Part shown: piece after piece, positions 50,087 to 56,109 of the stretch
Layout: each line of letters starts with the position of its first letter
Numbering within the stretch: the first letter of the stretch is position 1
Source: Smithella sp.
GTDB lineage: Bacteria > Desulfobacterota > Syntrophia > Syntrophales > Smithellaceae
Length of the DNA: 56,109 bases
NCBI GenBank assembly: GCA_012797505.1
Contig: JAAZOZ010000159.1
Span: 1-56,109 of the forward strand
Reading direction: 5' to 3'
Notes under the pieces: generated by a model
Databases searched by the model: none
The model's input: the letters and a program-made list of their open reading frames with translations, nothing else
What the model was told of the DNA's origin: nothing
Program-made: the position numbers and the translations under genes

Positions 50087-52339
50087 ATGAGCCTGCAAAG
50101 CATCAAATCTTCCCGATCGCTTCGCCTTACGCTGCGCTTTGTCATTCCCCTCGTGCTGGCCATGGCGCTCCTGGCTTTCGCGGTGTTGCCTCTGGTGGAC
50201 AAGCTGACGCTGCACTGGTCGGTAAGGGATATGGATATCCGGTCAAAGCTGGTGACCAGCACCATCCAGGACCCCCTGGCCGAACTTCTGGAACAGGGCA
50301 ACAAAAGAAAAATTCAATCCCTGCTTTCCCGCGCCACGCAGGATGAGCGTCTTTTCGCATTGGGCTATTGCGATATTCAGGGAAAGCTGCTCTTCAAAAC
50401 ACGGGATTTCCCCGACATCCTCGGCTGTTCTGTTCCGGATCCGTCCGTCCGGAAAGCGTCTTCGCTGCTGGAATTGCCGCAGGGGCTGGTGCATGTTGCC
50501 GTCAATCCCTTTTTGATTGAGGGACTGCCGATGGGTTCCCTGATGGTGCTTCACGACATGAGCTTTGTCAGGCAGCGAAGCGAGGATACGCGAAAATACC
50601 TTCTGGTTCTGTTTGCCGTTCTTTCTTTGGTGACCTCCGTGATTACGGTGCTGATCGCCCATTTGAGCTGGCGCGGCTGGATGACCGGTGTTCGCGCCCT
50701 GCTGCGCGGCGAAGGCCTGATCAAACCTTTTGCCAAATCTTCCAGCTCCGAGCTTCAGCCGCTGGTGGGCGATCTGCGCGCCCTTCTGCGCACGATGGAT
50801 GCGGAAAAGCGCATAGCCGATGATCTCACCATTTCCTGGAATCCGGATTCGCTCCGCAGCCTGCTCTTTAAACAACTGGCCGGGGAGCAGATTCTCGTCG
50901 TTTCCAACCGGGAACCTTACATTCACATGAAAGGAAAAGAAGGGATGGAGGTTCAGCGCCCGGCCAGCGGACTGGTGACGGCGGTGGAACCGGTCATGCG
51001 CGCCTGTTCGGGGATATGGATTGCCCACGGCAGCGGCACAGCGGACCGGGAGGTGGTGGACAAAAAGGATCATGTCCGCGTGCCGCCGGAACATCCGGAA
51101 TACACGCTGCGGCGCATCTGGCTTACGGAAGAAGAGGAACGGGGCTACTACTACGGTTTGGCCAACGAGGGCCTCTGGCCGCTGTGCCACATCGCGCATG
51201 TGCGCCCCGTCTTCCGGACCGCCGACTGGAACCGGTACGTGGCGATCAATCAGCGGTTTGCCGATGCGGTGGTCCGGGAAGCCGAACGGGAGGATCCGGT
51301 CGTTCTGGTTCAGGACTACCATTTTGCCCTGCTGCCGGGTATGCTCCAACAGGTCCTTCCCAAAGCAACGATCATCACCTTCTGGCACATCCCCTGGCCC
51401 AATCCGGAATCCTTCGGCATTTGCCCGTGGCGGGAAGAAATTCTGCGAGGCATGCTGGGAAGCACGATTCTCGGTTTCCACACACCTTTCCACTGCAAGA
51501 ATTTTCTGGAAACCGTGGACCGCTATCTGGAAACGCGGGTGAATTATGCTTCTTCCACGATTTCTCACGGCGGCAATCTGACGCTGGTCGAAGCGTATCC
51601 GATTTCCATCCAATGGCCGTCGCCGTGGCAGGATACGCAGCCGCCGGTTGCCCGCTGCAGGGAAGACATCCGGCAGGAGCTGAACCTCGGGCGGGATATC
51701 TTGGTGGGGCTCGGTGTTGACCGGCTGGATTACACCAAGGGGATTCTTGAGCGTTTGAGGGCCGTCGAATGCCTGCTGGAGACGCATCCGGACTTGGTCG
51801 GCCGGTTTTGTCTCATTCAGATCGCCGCTCCATCGCGATCGGTTCTTGAAGAATACAAGGCCTTTGAGTCCCGCGTTCGGGCTTTGGCCGAACGGATCAA
51901 CGCGAAATTTTCCCGAAACGGCTATCAGCCGGTTCATCTGAAAGTGGAGCATCACGAACCGCGGAACATCAACCGCTACTACCGCGCCGTGGATGTCTGC
52001 CTGGTAACGAGCCTGCATGACGGCATGAATCTGGTGGCCAAGGAATTCGTGGCGGCCCGCGACGACGAACGGGGAGTCCTCGTGCTCAGCCGTTTTACCG
52101 GAGCGGCCCACGAGCTGTATGAAGCCCTGATCGTCAACCCCTATCACATCGAACAGACGGCCGACGCCCTTTATCAGGCCCTCACCATGCCCGAATTCGA
52201 ACAACAGGCGCGGATGCGCAGCATGCGGTCCATGGTGAGAGATTTCAACGTTTACCGGTGGGCGGCCCGGATGCTTCTGGATGCGGCGCGCATCCGCCGG
52301 CGCGAGAAGCTGGCGGAACGGATTGGTGTCGCGCTATGA
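50087..52339 (+). CDS. otsA: trehalose-6-phosphate synthase (GT20) with N-terminal two-TM sensor-like extension
   Basis: 750 aa from ATG 50087. TM1 [20 protein letters not shown], an extracytoplasmic stretch of about 150 aa, TM2 [23 protein letters not shown]. Then the GT20 core ([42 protein letters not shown]). Confidence 0.85.
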   Translation: MSLQSIKSSRSLRLTLRFVIPLVLAMALLAFAVLPLVDKLTLHWSVRDMDIRSKLVTSTIQDPLAELLEQGNKRKIQSLLSRATQDERLFALGYCDIQGKLLFKTRDFPDILGCSVPDPSVRKASSLLELPQGLVHVAVNPFLIEGLPMGSLMVLHDMSFVRQRSEDTRKYLLVLFAVLSLVTSVITVLIAHLSWRGWMTGVRALLRGEGLIKPFAKSSSSELQPLVGDLRALLRTMDAEKRIADDLTISWNPDSLRSLLFKQLAGEQILVVSNREPYIHMKGKEGMEVQRPASGLVTAVEPVMRACSGIWIAHGSGTADREVVDKKDHVRVPPEHPEYTLRRIWLTEEEERGYYYGLANEGLWPLCHIAHVRPVFRTADWNRYVAINQRFADAVVREAEREDPVVLVQDYHFALLPGMLQQVLPKATIITFWHIPWPNPESFGICPWREEILRGMLGSTILGFHTPFHCKNFLETVDRYLETRVNYASSTISHGGNLTLVEAYPISIQWPSPWQDTQPPVARCREDIRQELNLGRDILVGLGVDRLDYTKGILERLRAVECLLETHPDLVGRFCLIQIAAPSRSVLEEYKAFESRVRALAERINAKFSRNGYQPVHLKVEHHEPRNINRYYRAVDVCLVTSLHDGMNLVAKEFVAARDDERGVLVLSRFTGAAHELYEALIVNPYHIEQTADALYQALTMPEFEQQARMRSMRSMVRDFNVYRWAARMLLDAARIRRREKLAERIGVAL

Positions 52340-53115
52340 GGCTGGACCTGCCCGCTGTTTATCTCTTCGGAAGGACCGCCTGCTCCGTCCTCGATCGTTT
52401 TCTGGATCGGTCAACACTCTTTGCCTTTGATCTCGACGGCACGCTGGCGCCCATCGTATCGGATCCGGACGCCGCCGGAATCTCCGGGGCTGTTCGGGAG
52501 GAATTATCCGTTCTAGCCGGGATGGCGCCCGTTGCGATCATTACCGGGCGTTCCCGCCCGGATGCCCTGCGGCATCTGGCGTTTGCGCCTCGTTATCTGG
52601 TCGGGAATCACGGCGCGGAAGGGCTTTCGGGATGGAAGGCGCGGGAAAAAACTTTTGTCCGCACGGCGCAGGGCTGGCAGTGTCAGCTCGATACACTCAT
52701 TCCGGTGGAGGAACGGAGAGGCATCGTGGTGGAAAATAAGGGCTCAACGATTTCCATCCACTACCGGCACGCCGAAAACCGGAATAAAGCACATGCCATA
52801 ATTCGACGGGCAGCCGGCCGGCTGGTTCCGCCGCCCAGACTTGTCAGGGGCAAGTGCGTCGAAAATTTAATTCCCGAAGGCGCTCCGGACAAAGGCGCTG
52901 CTCTGAAGCTGCTCATGCGGCAGGCGGGGTGTGCAAAGGCGTTTTTTGCCGGAGATGACGAGACGGACGAAGATGTTTTCCGTCTGAACCATCAACGCAT
53001 TCTCGCCGTCCGTGTGGGCCGCAAGAATGACAGCGGGGCCCGTTTCTTTCTGCGGGATCAATCTGAAATCGTTCGTCTTTTGCGCGAGATCAACCGGATT
53101 CTCGGGCGGACCTGA
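52336..53115 (+). CDS. otsB: trehalose-6-phosphate phosphatase (HAD)
   Basis: 259 aa. ATG overlaps the otsA stop (ATGA). FAFDLDGTLAP and GDDETDEDVF HAD motifs. Confidence 0.85.
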   Translation: MRLDLPAVYLFGRTACSVLDRFLDRSTLFAFDLDGTLAPIVSDPDAAGISGAVREELSVLAGMAPVAIITGRSRPDALRHLAFAPRYLVGNHGAEGLSGWKAREKTFVRTAQGWQCQLDTLIPVEERRGIVVENKGSTISIHYRHAENRNKAHAIIRRAAGRLVPPPRLVRGKCVENLIPEGAPDKGAALKLLMRQAGCAKAFFAGDDETDEDVFRLNHQRILAVRVGRKNDSGARFFLRDQSEIVRLLREINRILGRT

Positions 53116-53139
53116 TCCCGGCTGTTTGATGGCCGTTGG

Positions 53140-54279
53140 TCATGTTTTGATGACTTCCCGGGCGATGACCACGCGCTGAATTTCCGATGTGCCTTCATAG
53201 ATGGTTGTGGCGCGGGCATCCCGGAACAGGCGTTCGACCTTGTACTCTTTGGTGTAGCCGTAGCCGCCGTGGACCTGCAGCGCCATGTAGGCGGCCTTGT
53301 TGGCCGTTTCCGAGGCGAACAGTTTGGCCATGGAAGCCTCTTTGGTGAACTTCAGTCCGCGATCCTTGCGGTCGGCCGCGGCCAGCGTCAGCCAGGTTGC
53401 CGCTTCAATCCGGGTTGCGGCATCGGCGATCATGAATTGAATGGCCTGGAACGAGTTGATGGTTTTTCCGAACTGGCGCCGCTGCTCAGTGTAGGAAAGC
53501 GCTTCATCCAGAGCCGCCCTGGCAATGCCGACGGCCTGGGAGGCGATGCCGATCCTTCCGCTGTCCAGGGCGCGCATGGCCACCTTGAATCCCTCGCCGG
53601 GATTGCCCAGCAGGTTCTTTGCGGGGACCTCGCAGTCTTCGAACACCAGTTCGACGGTATTGGAGGCCCTCAGCCCCAGCTTGTCTTCTTTGGTTCCGAT
53701 TTTAAAACCGGGCATTCCTTTTTCGATGATGAACGCAGAGAGGCCTTTTGTTCCTCTTTCCTGGCCCGTCCGGGCGATCAGGTTGACGACATCGGCATAC
53801 TGGCCGTGCGTGATAAAGACTTTGGTGCCGTTGATGATGTATTTGTCTTTCCGAAGGACGGCGGTGGTCGTCATCGAACCCGGGTCTGAGCCGGCGCCCG
53901 GCTCCGTCAGAGCAAACGCGCCGAGGAGCGATCCTTCCGCAAGTCCCATCAGCCATTTTTCTTTCTGCTCCGGGCTGCCGAACCTGAGAAGCGGCTCCGT
54001 GGAGAGATTGGCGACCGACATGGTGACTGCGCTCGACGCGCACGCATAGGCGATTTCCTGCAGCGCCAGAGAATAGGCCACCGTGCCCGCGCCGGAGCCG
54101 CCGAGTTCAGGCGGCACCATCATGCCCAAAAGGCCGAGCCCCCCCATTTTTTTGACCGCGTCCATCGGGAAAATGCCCTGACGCTCCCATTCGGCGGCCA
54201 TCGGTTCCAGCTCTTTTCTGGCAAAATCTCTGGCCATGAGCCGGATCATTTCCTGTTCGCTTGTAATTTCAAATGCCAT
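53140..54279 (-). CDS. acyl-CoA dehydrogenase (short/butyryl-CoA type)
   Basis: 379 aa. LTEPGAGSDPG, FITHG, YEGTSEIQRVVIAREV. Confidence 0.9.
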   Translation of the reverse strand: MAFEITSEQEMIRLMARDFARKELEPMAAEWERQGIFPMDAVKKMGGLGLLGMMVPPELGGSGAGTVAYSLALQEIAYACASSAVTMSVANLSTEPLLRFGSPEQKEKWLMGLAEGSLLGAFALTEPGAGSDPGSMTTTAVLRKDKYIINGTKVFITHGQYADVVNLIARTGQERGTKGLSAFIIEKGMPGFKIGTKEDKLGLRASNTVELVFEDCEVPAKNLLGNPGEGFKVAMRALDSGRIGIASQAVGIARAALDEALSYTEQRRQFGKTINSFQAIQFMIADAATRIEAATWLTLAAADRKDRGLKFTKEASMAKLFASETANKAAYMALQVHGGYGYTKEYKVERLFRDARATTIYEGTSEIQRVVIAREVIKT

Positions 54280-54290
54280 GGTTGGTTCCT

Positions 54291-54848
54291 TCAGGGAATA
54301 TACAGAACGACGAGAAGTTTCGTTTTATCGGAGGAAGGATTGCTCAGCGCGTGATGCAGCGCCGAATTGAAGTGAATGCATTCGCCCGGACTCAACAGAC
54401 TGGTGTTTTTGCCGACCGAAATGGAAAGCTTTCCCTTTAAGACATAGACGAACTCTTCCCCTTCATGGTGGTATTCCACGCCTTCGTGGGCGGTGTTGGG
54501 TTCTATGGTGACGAGATACGCGCCCAGGTGCTTATCGGCGCCGGATTTGGTCAACTGCGTATAGGCGTAGGAACCGGCGCGCTTTTTCTGGCTTTTGACT
54601 CTGGAGGATGCTTTTTTGTTTTCGTCGCCGTTAAGCTGGGCGACATCCACTTTCAGCGTGCGGCTCAACTGCAGAACGAGAGCCACCGGGGCGGTGGTTT
54701 CATCCTTTTCAACCTTTTCCAGCAGGTCGACCGGATAGCCTGTTTCATGCGCCAGGTCCTTAATGCTCAGCTTTCTGCTTTCGCGGTACGCCTTGATGCT
54801 CTGACCGAAGGACTTCTTGTGTTCTTTGACTTTTGCCATGGGCTTCAT
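54291..54848 (-). CDS. XRE-family HTH regulator with C-terminal cupin domain
   Basis: 185 aa. N-terminal HTH (IKAYRESRKLSIKDLAHETG). C-terminal cupin (HHEGEEFVYVLKGKLS...IHFNSALHH). Alternative ATG at 54839. Confidence 0.8.
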   Translation of the reverse strand: MKPMAKVKEHKKSFGQSIKAYRESRKLSIKDLAHETGYPVDLLEKVEKDETTAPVALVLQLSRTLKVDVAQLNGDENKKASSRVKSQKKRAGSYAYTQLTKSGADKHLGAYLVTIEPNTAHEGVEYHHEGEEFVYVLKGKLSISVGKNTSLLSPGECIHFNSALHHALSNPSSDKTKLLVVLYIP

Positions 54849-54864
54849 CCTGTAAAAAAGAGGG

Positions 54865-55254
54865 TCACTTGATCTTCTGCAGCATTTCTCCCATCATTTT
54901 GTGAACCAGGTTAATGGCTTTCAGCGGACGGATCATCACCTTGAAATCGGTGATTCTGCCGTCTTCACCCCAGGTGATCATATCTACGCCGTTGATGGAG
55001 ATGCCGTCGATCACCGTCAGAAATTCGAGCACGGCGTTGTTGCCGGAAATGACTTCCCGCAGATATTGAAACGTGTCGTTGTTGAGGACGTGCAGGGCCG
55101 CTGTCAGGTACAGCGTGGTAATCGGCTTTCCGGCTTGCGGCGTATGGACCACGGGGGAATGAAAGACGACATTTTCCGCGAGAATGCCATCCAGGCCCGC
55201 TGCGTCTCTTTCTTTGACCAGTTTGTGCCAGGTGGCGATGGTGTTTTCAATCAT
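54865..55254 (-). CDS. SnoaL/NTF2-like small protein
   Basis: 129 aa. N-terminal WHKLVKERDAAGLDGILAENVVFHSP pattern typical of SnoaL-like proteins. Confidence 0.55.
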   Translation of the reverse strand: MIENTIATWHKLVKERDAAGLDGILAENVVFHSPVVHTPQAGKPITTLYLTAALHVLNNDTFQYLREVISGNNAVLEFLTVIDGISINGVDMITWGEDGRITDFKVMIRPLKAINLVHKMMGEMLQKIK

Positions 55255-55269
55255 GGTTGCACCTCTTTC

Positions 55270-55620
55270 TTATTGGCCGGGAACGATGAGCTTGGAGGCT
55301 TCCTGCCGCTCCATCTCCTGCGCTTCGGCGATCATGCCCTTTACCGCTTTTTCAATGGCGTCGGGCAGCTTGGCTGCCGCTTCAGGGAGCGTTTTGGCGC
55401 CTTCAATCAGACACTGAACCGGGATGGGTCCGTTGGGGGACATGAGTTGAGCCATCCCGGTGAAAAGGGGTTCCCGGCTCTCATCAGGCGAGCCGTCGAT
55501 GTTGACCGGCGAAAGACGCCGGATGGTGGCGAAGGTCAGGTCCGTGAAAGACTCTTCTTTGTAAAGATTGTCGGGATTGATCTTAATGTTTGTGATTCTG
55601 GGCTCGTCCGCTTCGCTCAT
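55270..55620 (-). CDS. conserved-looking hypothetical protein
   Basis: 116-aa ORF, tightly spaced with its neighbours on the same strand. No family recognised. Confidence 0.45.
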   Translation of the reverse strand: MSEADEPRITNIKINPDNLYKEESFTDLTFATIRRLSPVNIDGSPDESREPLFTGMAQLMSPNGPIPVQCLIEGAKTLPEAAAKLPDAIEKAVKGMIAEAQEMERQEASKLIVPGQ

Positions 55621-55853
55621 GATGGTCTCCTTTTAAGATGGGGTGATGGCTCATGCCCCGAACAAAATAAAAGGAAACGGTGGGCAAAACGGCCTCCTTT
55701 CTTTCGGATCATTGACCGCTTTCCTACACTGAAAAAGCATGGGGGTCAAGGAGGGATGTGAGGGAATGATGGATGGTGAAAAACAGGCAAGAGGCATTAG
55801 GCGATGGGCGATAGGGAAAAGCTCATGGCTCATAGTAAAAAGCGACGAGCGAT

Positions 55854-55967
55854 GTGTAGGGAACGGTTTTAAACCGTTTTTTGCAGGCGCAGATCATGGG
55901 TGAATGTAGTAGGGAACGGTCGCGACCGTTCCCTACGGGCGATGGGTAACAGGTCATAGGCGATGGG
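55854..55967. repeat. palindrome and short-motif repeat cluster
   Basis: Perfect 28-bp palindrome GTAGGGAACGGTCGCGACCGTTCCCTAC (55909-55936) and a partial copy GTAGGGAACGGT at 55856. GGCGATGGG occurs at 55800, 55938 and 55959. Confidence 0.7.
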
Positions 55968-56109
55968 CTGATCCTTTAACCCAGATTTTCCATTAGATGA
56001 TTTTGATCGAATCAACTGATTTGCGCGTGATAGTAGTTGAAAGAACGAACGTAACATGCTCTAATGGAAACCATTAGAAATACATTATGCATATCAGCAT
56101 GTTACGAGG

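Overview
GC-rich chromosomal segment whose gene content looks like a strictly anaerobic, syntroph- or sulfate-reducer-like deltaproteobacterium (Desulfobacterota type); this is inferred from gene content only. Coding density is high. Most long ORFs antisense to recognisable genes are GC-bias artefacts. Left to right: (1) 1-5.8 kb, minus strand: an orphan cluster of two tandem radical-SAM paralogs, a B12-type radical SAM, two ACPs, a hotdog dehydratase, a NodB deacetylase and a membrane protein. (2) 5.9-12.8 kb: flavin-reductase/rubredoxin fusion, HEAT-repeat protein, TolC plus a decayed TolC fragment, an mnmA remnant, and a PAS kinase-like protein lacking the phospho-acceptor His. (3) 12.8-21.2 kb, minus strand: a complete N-type ATPase operon (atpD-C-Q-R-B-E-F-A-G, no separate delta). 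It carries extra genes at both ends and a good sigma54 promoter match. (4) 21.5-22.4 kb: an AT-rich single-gene islet encoding a PDZ/CsgG-LpoB-like lipoprotein, followed by engB. (5) 23.8-34.6 kb: a Flx/Hdr-type redox cluster headed by a 1476-aa HdrA-GltD-HdrA fusion (HdrL-like), with an MvhD gene carrying an in-frame TGA (Sec). (6) 35.1-43.2 kb: a second, paralogous HdrA-MvhD(Cys)-FeS-FeS-FAD cluster without HdrBC, followed by a secreted EF-hand protein and a divergent AOR-family pterin oxidoreductase. I rate this the best candidate for an undescribed electron-bifurcating complex. (7) 43.3-55.6 kb: MBL-fold protein, hbd, two acyl-CoA dehydrogenases, a GH15/otsA/otsB trehalose cluster with a receptor-like OtsA, and small regulators. 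Intergenic spaces hold several families of hairpin-forming short repeats. One 48-bp inverted pair brackets the first Hdr cluster. No rRNA, tRNA, CRISPR array, transposase or integrase was recognised.
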